Source: Octopus sinensis
Lineage: Eukaryota
Direction of reading: 5' to 3'
DNA: 64,000 nucleotides
Assembly (NCBI RefSeq): GCF_006345805.1
Contig: NC_043021.1
Coordinates: 1,426,001 to 1,490,000, forward strand
The position numbers were made by a program, and so were the translations under genes. This document shows positions 49,446 to 62,259 of the stretch, in pieces (the stretch's first letter is position 1; each line of letters begins with the position of its first letter). The notes beneath the pieces were generated by a model. It saw nothing but the letters and a program-made list of their open reading frames with translations, was not told where the DNA came from and made no database searches.

Positions 49446-51179
49446 AGGGTTAAAAAAACATTAATAACTTTAACCTAACCCTAACCCAAATTTCACTAAA
49501 TGCCAATAGGTAAAAATAAATTATAATAAGAATACATATTTTATAAAACAAATAAAAGCTGATAATTTAAACTGCAAAACTATTGATTTTACACAAAGGT
49601 TGAAAAAAAGAAAAAAAAAAACACAACTTCAGTATTAGTTGTTTCAGTCAATCCAACAGAAAATTAGAGCCTACACATTTGCTATCTGAAGGGCTTTCTT
49701 AAAAAAAAAAAAGTATCAAATTGCTGGACTGACTTCAGGAAACTAAGTGTCAAATAAGCTCAACTTGCTCCTTTAAACTAAAACAACCCTCAAAATCTCA
49801 GGAGAAATCAAAGCAAAATCAATCATAAACTTGGTGAAATATGTGTGGAGTGCTACACAACTGTAAGCAACATAAAAGAACATGGATAATAAGAGAGAAG
49901 CATGGCATATATGGGGTGCTGAAACTACTCCATGAGTTCTACAGGTTCATACAGCCAGTAATTAACACTACTTATTGTAACATAAAAAAAAACTGAAGGT
50001 AAATTTCCTCCTGTATAACATACTAGACAATCTGACTAATTCCCTCTTCAAACTTTCAGGCCTTGTGTTACATTACAATCAATTACTATAATTATTTTAA
50101 GTGTCAAGTAATTTCTGTTGAGTACTGTAAGAGATGTGAACAAACATAGCTAGGAATGTTTCAATCACATGCTTATGTTACATCCAATGTCTGAAGCTAT
50201 TGGTTTGTTGGAACCTTATTGAAAACTTATACCTCTACAACAAGTACACAAGTTCAATCCCGTTAATGCTAAGCATTACAGCAACTATTTTCGCAATTAT
50301 ATTTGAGCATGATCAAGCTGGCATGCTCTTTTCATAAAACCAAGCTTTCTAGTGCATTGCCAAGAGGTTCTCTACTAACATTACGGAACACTTTCAGACC
50401 AAGTAAGAGGTACTCCTACAGATTAATCCAGTATATATTCTACTTGCTTTGCATCCAATTCCATTCTGCATATGCACAACAAAAATTTCATATATCATAT
50501 AACCAAGATTAAAATTTATGTTTATTTCTGTTCAAGAAACCAATCAGTCCAGGCATTATTGCTGCATATCTAATAGTGCATTCCTAAGAAACTTTTAATA
50601 CTCACAAAATATTCAACATTTATATTTTTACTACTTTAAACTATTACTCTTACTTAAAATACTTGTGGTCTCATGTTTGAGAACTTCAGTAAGAGCAGTA
50701 TTGCTTCGAAATTAGCAAAAACTTCGTATCTGGCATGAAAACCTGTGAAATTACCTATATATGAGCCCCATACATCTTTCATTTCTTAGATTGGGAGGTT
50801 CCAGTTCAACCACTCCATTGCAGCAGATGTCAAAGTTCTATACATCTACATAGATGATATAATCTTCATTTTTCTTTAACATTCTATGTGTATTGGTGTT
50901 GCCATATACATCTGAAAAACTCCATGCTAGACACATATTATGAATACCAATACTGGAAACATGCAATATAGAAGAGGCCAAATCTTCAAGAACACCATGA
51001 CATACTATAATATGTATGTGTGTATATATATGTGTGTGTGTGTGTATGTGTGTGTGTATGTATAGTGGCTGCCAAAAGTTTAGAATCATTGAGCAGAATT
51101 TTAATAATTTTTGTTTTTAAAAATATGATAATACATAGAGTAATATAAATATATAGAAATTTGTTCTACCAGCCAAAAC

Positions 51180-52950
51180 CTAAATGTGTAATGTCCATCT
51201 TTCATGCTGTCATAAGTGGGACAGTTTCACAGGAGGTGGCTAAGCAGAAGCCTGCACTAGACTTCTGTGACTGTTTTAGCAGGATTTTTACAGCTGCATG
51301 CCTTTCCTAACACCAACCACTCAGCAGAGTGAATAGTGCTTTTTATGTGGCACAAGCACAGGTGAAGTCAGTTTTGGCAAGGTTTTTACAGTTGGATGCC
51401 TTTCCAAATGCCAACCACTTTACAGCATGGACTGGATGCTTTTTAAGAGGCACCTGCACTGAGAGGGTCAACAAGTAACTTGCAAGAAAAAATCTTTTGA
51501 GGGGATGGGGCATTAAAGGGGGTGATCTTGTGTCAAATGATGAAAGGTTATAGTGACAGAGAGAGAGAAACAGGTGTCTTGTTGTAGAGGAAGCACAAGG
51601 TTACCTAACCTGAGAGAGAGATTGGGAAGGAGGACAGAATCAAGTGTGCTGCTGCAAAAGAGATACATGGTTACCCAATCTGATGGAATTGCAGGAAAAG
51701 GAGAGAGAGGGGGAGACTGCAAGATAGAGATGATGGCAAAGTGCTGGACATACTCACAAGGGACAAGGATCAGAATAGAAATGGGATGGTTGTGTAAAGG
51801 CAGAGAGAAATATAGATGGTGGCAAGTGCGAGGATATACCTTTATGGTTCAAAGGTCATAATATAAGTTGCAAAATATTGCCAAAGAAGCATGATTAGAG
51901 AGTGGGGAAGGGAAGTGAGTGGTGAAAACCTGGGTATATAGAGTGAGGAGCAATCATATAGAGAAACAGGGCCATGAGGACAGAATTGGGGAGTGAGAGG
52001 TAGGTATAATGTATGAAGGAGGAAATGTGAGGAAAAGAAAAGATATAGATTGGTTTGTTTGGGTAGGGTGTGTAAAAAGTTTTCTTATTAAGTGTGGGTA
52101 GAACACCCAGGTTGGGGGCTAGTGGATAGCAATGATACAGTGAGACAGGATTAGGGAGTGGAAGGTAAGTATAATGCATGAACTGGAAATGTGAGGAAAA
52201 GATGTTGTTTGGTTTGTTGTGGTAGGGTGTGTGAGAAGTTTTCTCGTTATGTGTGAGTGGGACACACAGCACTTTTCTCAAGAACCTCATATTGCCAGAT
52301 ATCTCGGTCCTTGGTCATTTCCTCCATGAAGTCCAACTTCCTGAGATCGGTCCTTATAACTTCAAGTCATGTCTTCCTGGGTTTCACCCTTCCACAAGTA
52401 TCATCCACTTTCAGTGAATAGTACTTCTTTATGCAGTTGTCCTCATATGCATCACATGACCAAACCATGTCCTGCATGTTACATTTCATTCCTCTTCTGC
52501 CCAACTTTTCTCTCAATTCATTTGCACTTTGTTGTACATATGCACTGATGTTGCACAGCCAATGGAGCATACTACATTCATTTCTCTTCTGTCCATGTAT
52601 GTCTTCTGCATTCATAATCCATGTCTCACTACTATACAGTATAGCTATTCACACACAAGCATCATACATCTACCTTTCACTCTGAGGGAATCCTTCCTCT
52701 ACCCTATTCTTATTCTAGAAACATTACTTTCAGAGCATCCTCCACCATTACTAATTTGGTCACTTAGGTAACAGAAACTAACTATAACCTCAAGACAGCC
52801 TCCTGGGTATTTGAAAAAATCTAATTCCCATGTGTTCTTAGTGCTTATTGTTTCTACACATCTGCCACATACAAAGACAACTTTATCTGTGATTCCACTG
52901 CACCAAATAGAATTTCTTCCAACTCATTTCCTACATATTGAGGAGGGTCA
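51180..52950 (-). mobile_element. RTE LINE 3' fragment with long UTR
   Basis: ..GRVKPRKT.. ORF-end remnant at ~52370; GA-rich (+) UTR homologous to 40505-42330. Confidence 0.75.
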
Positions 52951-53650
52951 TTTACCTGGGAGTGAGAATATGATTGCTGGTAGAAGAGAAGGGTAACGAA
53001 AATGTACTAGAGGAATGAATATGGCCTAGTGCAGTCTCTTATACAATAGTCTAGTAAAGGGTTCAGGATGAACTGATACAGTCACTGATATATATGCCTA
53101 GTGAAGGGTGAAGGTGCCCGAGGGATGAATTGAACCAATACAGAGGTTTAGTGGAGGAATGAAGGTAGACTGATGGCAAGAACTAAGGAACAATGTGATG
53201 AAGGAGGTTCAAAGACAGTAACATGAAGGGAGAAAGCAGATCTAGAATGTATAATTAACAGAATATCAAGTATTTCAGACTCTTGCACCAGGTATGTTTC
53301 ACCCGTAAGTGATCAGGTCTTCTGCAACACTATAATGTTGCCATTCACTTCACTCTTTTGTTATCATCACCGCGAGATGCAATATTTTTCAGAAAAATCC
53401 ATTACCACTGAAACCCAAGTTTTCTTTGATCTTCAACTTCCATGGGTTTCATTAACTTGGAGTTCTTTGCATTTAATGTAGTTGTCAACTATCCACATAT
53501 AATCATGAACATTAATCACTAACTTAGGTTATACATTTGTAGATTTATTTTTTTAGTTGAGTCAGTCTCTTAAATGAAGTAATTATAACAACCACTTAAA
53601 CATTACCAGACATCTCACCTAACTTTATATGTCTACAATTTTAAACTCAC

Positions 53651-53746
53651 CATCCAGTATAGCTGAGAAACTGTAGACAAGCAGGAACCAGAAGGGATTT
53701 TGATACCAAAGGAATGCTACAAACAGCAACAACAATCGAACATAAC
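53651..53746 (-). CDS. CDP-alcohol phosphotransferase exon 2
   Basis: ttttttgcAG / GTgagt; 96 nt; GYVRLLLLFVAFLWYQNPFWFLLVYSFSAILD (transmembrane segments, D1 of motif). Confidence 0.92.
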
Positions 53747-54299
53747 CTGCAAAAAAACAACAAGAAAAGGCTTGCTTAGAACTGTGTACTTAACATATTT
53801 ATTATAAAGAGGCAAAATGTTTCTTACTTGAGAATATATCCAATAAGTCTGTATTATTAACATTTCATTTTTTTCTCTCTGTAAATTCTAAGACATTTTT
53901 AACCATTCCAATTATTAGCTGTAGTTAATATCCAGCAGATCCTTTCTATATTGTAACTTTGATTCCTACTGTTACAACTCTTCACTCAATTTCTATATCA
54001 TTTCTACACTACAAACATTACATTTCAGAGGTGACAGCTTTCAATTGATTAATGCAGAAATTCCCAAACAATGCGGAAAAGATGAGCGAAAGATAGAACA
54101 GTTACTTTGTAAGCTTAAAGCTTAAACAGTTCACTGATAATAAAGGAAAAAAAAAATAGGATATGATTTATTCCATTATTTGTTGACATTTTGCTAGCTA
54201 CCTTATGAAATTACATGGGCTGTTTTGAGAATAATAGAAAAGTGGGTATAGCTTTCTGCATAGATATGTGAGGAAGTTTTTAAAAAATTATTTTTGAAG

Positions 54300-54774
54300 A
54301 AAAATCACACAATGGGAGATTGTCAACTGTGACTAGTGATATGAACTGACTTTCATGAACAGATGAATCACAATGCATGAGTTGCTACACAACTGAACTG
54401 TGGACACAGCACATCACAGAAGGTAGTCCAGCAGTTGACATGTAAATTGAAAGAGAAAAGAGTGGAAGTTTGTTCTGATCTACTGGAAGCATTTGAAAAC
54501 TGTTTTTTATATTCTACTGATAGGGGATGAAATGTAGGTGTACCATTATGATCTGGAAACAATAGCCCAGTCCATGAAATCGCATCACAACTCCTGTTCA
54601 AGAACTAGTGCTCAGCACAGAATCATGGTGACTGTTTTTTGGGGATGATAAAGGTGCCATTTGCCTTGATATTTTGTAATATGGCTGTACTGTGAACAAC
54701 AAGCACTGTACTAAGACACTGAAAGCACTTAGGAAAGCCATTCAAAAGAAGAAACTGAACAAGAATCTGAAATA
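54300..54774 (+). pseudogene. Mariner transposase relic (left part; right part resumes ~57080-57190)
   Basis: ..GDEM*VYHYDLET.., ..MVTVF(W).., ..TLKALRKAIQKK.. Confidence 0.6.
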
Positions 54775-57076
54775 TCATCATCATCATCATTGTTTAATGT
54801 CCGTTTTCCGCGCTAGCACGGGTTGGACGGTTCAACCGGGGTCTGGGAAACCAGGGGCTGCACCAGGCTCCAGTCTGATCTGGCAGTGTTTCTACAGCTG
54901 GATGCCCTTCCTAATGCCAACCACTCCACGAGTGTAGTGGGTGCTTTTTACATGCTACCAGCACAGGTGCCAGAGGAGTCTGGCGTCGGCCACGATTGGT
55001 TGGTGCTTTTAACGTGCCACCGGCACGGAAGCCAGTCAAGGCAGAGCTGGCATCGGCCACGTTCGGATGGTGCTTTTTATGTGCCATCGGCACAGAAGCC
55101 AGTCAAGGCGGTGCTGGCATCGTCCACATTCGGATGGTGCTTTTTATGTGCCACCGGCACAGGTATCACAACTACTATTTCCATTGATATTTATTTCGAT
55201 GTTCATGTACTTGACTCAATAGGTCTCCTCAAGCACAGCGGGATGTTCTGGAATCCAAGGTACTTTGAATGGGCAGGGGCTATGCGGAACTGGTGTAGGA
55301 AGCAGCCCGGGTCTTTGCAGTCACAGCATATCTCCAGAGATCTCGGTCCTTCGCCATTGCCTCTGTGAGGCCCAACGCTCTGAGGTCATGCTTGACTACC
55401 TCATCCCATGTCTTCCTGGGTCTACGTCTCCCCCTGATACCTTCAACTGTTTGGGAACAGCACTTCTTCACACATCTCTCCACATCCATCTGCAGTACAT
55501 GACCATACCATCGCGTCGCTCTTGCATACCACATCTGATGCTTCTTATGTCCAGCATTTCTCTCAGGGTGCTTACCCTCTGTCGTGCGCGCACACTGACA
55601 TTACACATCCAGCGGATCATGCTAGCTTCATTTCTTTCAAGTCTATGCATGTCCTCTGCAGTCACAGCCCATGTTTCACTACCGTGAAACATGGCAGTTC
55701 ACACACATGCATCATACAATCTACCTTTCACTCTGAGTGAGAGACCCTTTGTCGCCAGTAGGGGTAGGAGCTTTCTAAACTTTGCTCAGGCTATTCGTAT
55801 TCTAGTGGTGACACTCTCTGAACATCACCTCCACTACTAACTTGGTCACCCAGGTAACGGAAACTATCAACTACTTCTAGTTTCTCCCCCTGGAGTGTGA
55901 TGGAGTCTGTTTTCTGAGTATCTGTGGTGTCTATTGTCCCTGTGCATCTGCCGCACATGAAAGCTATCTTATCAGTTAATTTCCCTTTGATGTTGCTGCA
56001 CCTCTTATGCGTCCATAGCTTACACTGGGTACATCTTATGGAGTTTCTACCTACACCTTTCCTACAGATCGAGCAGGGCCACCTGCCTGAGGGGGTGTGT
56101 GCTGAGTTCGCCTTTCTGCTTACTATAACTTTGGTCTTTGCTACATTTACTCTAAGGCCCTTTGATTCTAACCCTTGCTTCCACACCCAAAATTTCTTTG
56201 CTAGTTCCGGTAGTGATTCTGCTATGAGAGCCAGGTCATCAGCATAGAGGAGCTCCCAGGGGCAACCTGTTTTGAATTCCTCTGTTATTGCCTGGAGGAC
56301 TATGATGAATAAAAGGGGACTGAGGGCTGAGCCTTGGTGTACACCTACTTCTACCCGGAATTCTTCACTATATTCGTTGCCAATTCTAATCTTGCTGACA
56401 GCCTCTCTGTATAGGGCCTGTACAGCCCTTATTAGCCATTCATCAATCTCCAGTTTCCGCATAGACCACCAGATAAGGGATCAGGAGATCCTGTCAAAGG
56501 CTTTCTCCAAGTCCACAAAAGCTATGTAGAGAGGTTTATCTTTAACTAGGTACTTCCCCTGCAGTTGTCGGACCAGGAATATAGTATCAGTGGTGCTTCT
56601 ACCCGTCACAAAACCGAACTGCATCTCATCTAAGCAATGAGATGGGTTATGACACTCTCTGTGACCTTCATCACCTGATCCAACAGTTTAATATCCCTGT
56701 AGTTATTTCTATCTAGAGCACCACCCTTACCCTTGTAGCAGTTGACTATGGTGCTGCTACGCCAGTCATTGGGTATGACTCCATTATGAACTACCTGGTT
56801 TACAATGCGGGTGACTAGGCCATAGCCCACATAACCAGCTGTTTTAAGCATCTCAGCAGTGATTCCTGATGGGCCGGGGGCTTTACCTGATTTCATACCC
56901 TTAATTGCCTTAACTACAAGGGAGCTGTCTATTCGGATAGCTGGTCCCTCTACTGGGTTAACATTTGGCAGGCTCTCCTCCTCCCATTCATTCTCCACAT
57001 TCAGCAGTCTTTCATAATGGCTTCTCCAAGCCTCTTTCTTTTCACCATCATTAAAAGCAAGTGCCCCATCATCCAT
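54775..57076 (-). mobile_element. 5'-truncated, inactivated RTE LINE with reverse transcriptase
   Basis: KAPGPSG, GVHQGSALSPLLF, LLYADD motifs; frameshifting deletion near 56630, TGA near 56485; (GAT)n tail at 54775. Confidence 0.93.
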
Positions 57077-57997
57077 ACTTGAATTTTTTCAAAGATGATT
57101 CAAAAGTTGGGTTCAACAAAGGTGTAAATGTATTTCTTGTGATGAAGACTGTGTTTGTATAGGGAGAGTATTTCTCTACCAAAATGGGCAATTTAAACAA
57201 CCTATGAATGTTTATTAAAAAGTTATGCTCACTTTTGCATGAATATCATGTCAACTCACATGTGTGTATGTGTGTGTGTGTGCATGCGCACATGTCTGTG
57301 TGTGTGTGTGTGTGCATGCACACATGTCTGTGTGTGTGCCTGTGTCATAACTTCAAAAAATTTCACATGTAATAGTTTTGTACACAATCAAAAGCCTTAT
57401 GGAATTCAAGAAATAAGTACAATATGTTGTAATACAAAAATGGCATTATGAGACAGTCAGCTAATTATGACAAGTGGAGATTTCCTTCAAATCAGACCAA
57501 TATACATGTCAGGCTTCTCTACAGATTCAAGCTAGCAAATTCTACTAACAACGTATTTGTCAATCTGTGGCTAAAAGAGAAGAAACTTTGCTTATGATGT
57601 TACAGAGAGAATGAACCTGGAACCACATGGTTGCCACTTCTTGATGGTGAGGAAAACCAATAAACCAGTGCTTTCAAACCAAAAAAAAATTGGAGGGTAT
57701 TAATTCTGCTCAAGTTAAAAAGGAATTTCATTGTCACTTATATCATTGGAACAATTATTAACAATGATATAAAATAAATACCACTATTCCTTGTTGTATA
57801 TGAAGGAGTGTGTATGCCTTTTGAATAATTTTTATGCTTATTGTTCATTTAATTTAGTCGCTTATATTATCATTGCAGAATTTCAGATCAGGACCCACAT
57901 AAAATGAATTTTTTCCATTTAGCCAGGGATTTTCCAATTTTTTTTTCACCACAGCCTTCAGGATGATGAGAAAAATGTTTTGTAAAATTTATGAATT

Positions 57998-59153
57998 TTT
58001 CTAGCACATCCCATGACTATCTTCCTTGTTTCGTTGTCACTTTCACATGTATTGATGTTTTACAATATTTTTCTCCGCATAACCACATTTTATGGTTTGA
58101 TGATATGGAAGTAACGCGCATGATCCATTGCTGAGATTTAAGTCCCAAACAGGCAAGATTTTGGCCAATTTTTATGGCACTACACAGTAAAAATCCTTGG
58201 CAGAAGCCTTTACATTAAAAATAAAAAATTTGAAAATATTTTCAAATGAAAAGATGTGTAGTTTAAGGGAGAATTTGCTGTTGTTTCTACAACATACCAC
58301 ATTCTTCATTTCTTTGTCACTATGACATGTATTGGTGTTTTTGTCTCTCCATAACACATTTAGGCTATTAAAAGAAATTTTTTTAACTTTGATTTCTTTT
58401 CAGCTGCACTCACTCCCACTGTTTCGGTTTCTAATTTAAAATTATTGGAGAACCTGAGGTCATTGTTGGTATTTATCCAGTGATTAAAGAAAAAAAAAAT
58501 GTATGTATGTAAAAGGTAATTTATTTGGATCTTTTCCTTTTGAACTGCACATGTCAACACAATTTCTAGTTAACTAAACACTTTTAAACTTCGTATACTG
58601 GTAGAATGTGTTTATAAAACACCATTTTTTCTTGGTTTTATTGAGAAAATTCTATAGGTTGTAACATATTTCGTCTTTAATCTCGAGCATTTCGGCAATT
58701 TTAACCAATTGCTGACCTCCATTTAGGTAAATAACATTCTGTGCATAACGAATATGTCACTCCTTTGAGAAACAGATTGGGTTTATTTACATTTGTGAAG
58801 AAAAAAGATACCCTTCCCCCACCCCTAACTAGTTAACTAGAAATTATGTTACAAAGTGCCGTTCAAAAGGAAAAGATCCATTTATTTTAATAGCATACTT
58901 TTCTGTTTGTAAATTTTTTTACTTTCACACACACACACACACAGCCTTGCCTGTTTTGGTGTGTGTATGGAGGGGACTTAACATTTAAATTACAAATGTA
59001 TTTTGTTGCTTAAATCTCAGCAATGGATCACGCGCGTTACTTCCGTATCATCAAACCATAAAATGTGGTTATATGGAGAAAAATATTGTAAAACATCAAT
59101 ACATGAGAAAGTGACAACGAAACAAGGAAGATAGTCATGGGATGTGCTAGAAA
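57998..59153. mobile_element. Element bounded by 145-bp inverted repeats in intron 1
   Basis: 57998-58142 is the reverse complement of 59009-59153 (about 5 mismatches); inner IR aatttctagttaacta ~58563 / ~58830. Confidence 0.8.
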
Positions 59154-59481
59154 CAATAGCCAAATCACTGTTAAATCACACACTTTATCGTTTAAAGATA
59201 TTTACATTTTCTTTTAAACCGAAAAGACTTAACGCGGTTTTGAAATGCGGAATGCAAAAGAAAAAAAAACTGGCTAAAATCAGACAGGAAGGGTAGTGAG
59301 GAGGACGATGTGAAGGAAACATGCTCCCATTCCACGCACCCACCACTACTTCGAAATGGCAGAGCGAAGAAAAAATTTGCAAAATCTAACTTATGTGGCG
59401 GCCTTCCTAATCCAAAACTCCGCCGCAGTGGTTATTTATAAAACTATATTTTGTCTCTAGTTTAGTATTAAACTAACTCAC

Positions 59482-59518
59482 CGATTATGTTTGGTACATA
59501 AAATATGACGGCGGCCAT
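59482..59518 (-). CDS. CDP-alcohol phosphotransferase (PIS-like) exon 1
   Basis: gacaATGG start, MAAVIFYVPNII-G, GTgagt donor; PIS-like N-terminus (F.VPN.IGY.R). Confidence 0.9.
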
Positions 59519-59681
59519 TGTCTGTGGTTTGCTAAAGAGTTCTCAAAGAAACGTAACTGTTGAAATAAGAAGAGGCCATTCTTAAAATGCGTGCGTGAGA
59601 GGCATTCCCAGCAATTATAAAACAATATGGCTTATCCTTTGATATTGGAGTGCTATAATATTCAACCACATCTATTTCACT

Positions 59682-60016
59682 GTCCCAAGTTTGATACTTC
59701 ACTGCAGGGTACTATTAGCGAACAGTGGTCTCGGTGCGCGCACTTGCGCATCCGCGCTAGCTAGTCGTAAGTAGTCGATCCTACAACGACTTTTTAACCC
59801 TAAACCTAACCTTAGTTTGTTTATAAAAATTATTTATATACTTAGTTTAAATAATTATTTACTTTGTTCGAAAAATATTATCTAATTTTCTTTGATATGT
59901 ATTCAGCCTTGATATACAAACATACGCGCAAGTCGTTGTAGGATCAACTACCTACGACTAGCTAGTGCGGATGCGCGCACCGGGACCACCGTCCCAAGTT
60001 TGATACTTCACTGCAG
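59682..60016. repeat. Foldback unit flanked by identical 26-bp direct repeats
   Basis: gtcccaagtttgatacttcactgcag at 59682-59707 and 59991-60016; IR arms ~59723-59791 and ~59931-59991. Confidence 0.85.
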
Positions 60017-60129
60017 TAATTGTTCAGTTTACGTGCGTAAAAATAGTAAAAGGTCATAACTAATTAAAAGTAAAGGAACATAACTTATTTTTGATCATAC
60101 AGTATACACACTTGATATCGCACCCCAAA

Positions 60130-60700
60130 GTGAATAAATGTCTTATTCTTGTCTAGTGAATTGCGCCATATGAATTCGTACAAATAAGAAACAAAGCCTC
60201 TGAAGTTTCAAATTGATGGCGTAATTTGTGTTTCACAAGCATTCACATATTTTCTATATTTTGTGTGTGGACGTCTTCATTGGCAGGATGAACGAAATTT
60301 TCTTCATGTACAATCACCTTGTGAGTGTACACCACTACCATTTAGAATCCCAATGTTATTGTATGATCACCAGCCATCATTTACTATGTGACGCCCTGGT
60401 AGAATCCATCGTTCAATTAATGCTGTCAAAGTCTGCTCAGTACGATCAGGCACTTCAACTAAGAGACATTTCTTCGAAACCCTTTCTATTCCGGCGAATA
60501 CCCAATGGCCAGGGCGTCACTTACCGCGGTTATATTTTCGATGAAAAAAAATTTACATTCATCTATCTCCACAACTACTGGTTATCCATTAGCATCAAAG
60601 CCGCTAATTTCCAAGGGATTTTGTTGGAGCCAAACATCGCATATTTCACATTTTTCAAAAGTATGAGACATATTTTGGGGTATTTAGTTATGTTCGGATC
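60130..60700 (-). pseudogene. Merlin (IS1595/ISXO2-like) DDE transposase remnant
   Basis: WLQQNPLEISGFDANG*PVVVEIDECKFF/HRKYNRG..GHWVFAGIERVSKKCLLVEVPDRTEQTL..LIERWILPG.HIVNDGW*SY..HPANEDVHTQNIENM*; stops and frameshifts. Confidence 0.88.
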
Positions 60701-61249
60701 CTGTAAGGAAAAGATCCTTATGTTCTTTTCACGTTTTTACGCACGTAAACCGAATGGCTTTGATCAACATTTGGTCAGACTTGGTAATTATGTGAAAATG
60801 AATACTGTAGGTATTGCTGTTAAAAAACCGTTTCAGCCCTTACAGTACACAATGCAAATAACGATACAAGTACCGATCTGCGATCAATTTGTCTGCTGAA
60901 AGTATAAACCAAGGCAGCGCTTTATGCTAGGCTCAGAGTTCTGGCTTCTTTTTCCTAACGAAACACCGGTGTCCCTGAATGGCAGGAATGGCTCTCCTCA
61001 ACATACTCTTCGGCCAACAGCATATTTTAGGTCTGAACCTGCCTAAACTTGTTAATAAATATGCGAATAATCATTATTAGGCGATACTTTCGTTTTGAGT
61101 ATATACGGTATAACTTATTGCATATGTATTTTAACAACAAAATCTTAACTGGAACCTTAACAAGTCATAATGAAGAGAACTAATAAATCCCAGAAAGATC
61201 TCTCATATATGCTGAAATTATTCTTTACTTTAAGAAAGAATAATTCTTA

Positions 61250-61383
61250 TAAACATTATTTGTCAGTTGATTTTATTACTACCCACAAGGGGCGAACATA
61301 GAGGGGACAATACAATCTGATGTGGGGTCAGACATACGGATGGTTTTTACAAAAAATCGGATTTAAACATTATTTGTCAGTTG
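61250..61383 (-). mobile_element. 94-bp retroposed fragment with 20-bp TSD
   Basis: taaacattatttgtcagttg at 61250-61269 and 61364-61383. Confidence 0.7.
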
Positions 61384-62259
61384 TCAAAATAAACTGTAAA
61401 TGTATATATATAATCTGCTTTACAATGGGATTAATTTATCACTGAGCAAATACGGAACTAAAGCGGCTGAAAATTAGTCTCTGACTTTTCGCAAAGAATT
61501 GTGGGATTGTCGTTTCAATTTTAATAGCGGCAAGTTTGTAATAAATATGTGAATTCGACTTCTGGACTTTAATTTCTCTTCAACTTGGAAATATTTGTCT
61601 TGTTTTTTCACTGAAAATTGTTTGTAAGTTAGTGCTTTTATGAATACATATTGCTTTAAATGGATTTCGATGAATAACATTTGAGAGATGAATATCGACT
61701 GCTGTCAAAAATATCCCAAGTTAGTTTTTGTTTTTATTGATAACACACAAAAAGATTTGTCCTGCATCTAAAGAAGTCAACAGAAGAATTTCCAGTCATA
61801 AATTCTCGAAGTTGCTGTTTGTCCTCCACCGAAAAAGTAAGAATTTATTAATATTATTGTCAAACCATTTATCTTCTTAAGTTTTGTGTCAATTATGATG
61901 TATTGGGATAAGTATATTGATTCTTAAACAAGAGACTTCTTTCTACCACCTTACCTTCACACACACACACACACCTTTAAAAATAAGTCTATTACTTCAA
62001 ATGTTAATGGTTTCTGTTAAGGCTCAGCAATTTTTAAACGAGTTCTTGACTAGAATTTGGTTTGTCATCTGTTAAAATAACTTTCAGTTCTTTAGACGTT
62101 CACATGATTAACAAGGCTAACGTGGGGTGGCTAGAAATAGCAGTCAAATTACTCTCAGATCCATACAACATCATGCAATTGTTCAGTCTAGGAGCCCAAT
62201 AACAAATCAACTTAGTTGTTTATGAAAGAAATCGATATTTAGAGAGTGAAAACGTGTTT

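Noticed and set aside
49470-49490. taacctaaccctaaccc telomere-like repeat
   Set aside because: Only about three degenerate units; such motifs are common in small non-autonomous repeats.
50750-50900. Putative extra exon on - (..MGLIY|GTAATT donor-like)
   Set aside because: The exon chain is already complete and in phase without it, and the peptide has no family similarity.
55265-56529. Plus-strand ORFs of 72-140 aa
   Set aside because: Antisense to the RTE reverse transcriptase.
59356-59460. Short plus-strand ATG ORF near the first exon suggesting a bidirectional gene
   Set aside because: 34 codons, no splice donor or homology evidence.
60228-60899. 223-aa plus-strand ORF
   Set aside because: GTG start, no recognisable domain; it is the antisense shadow of the Merlin transposase remnant on the minus strand.
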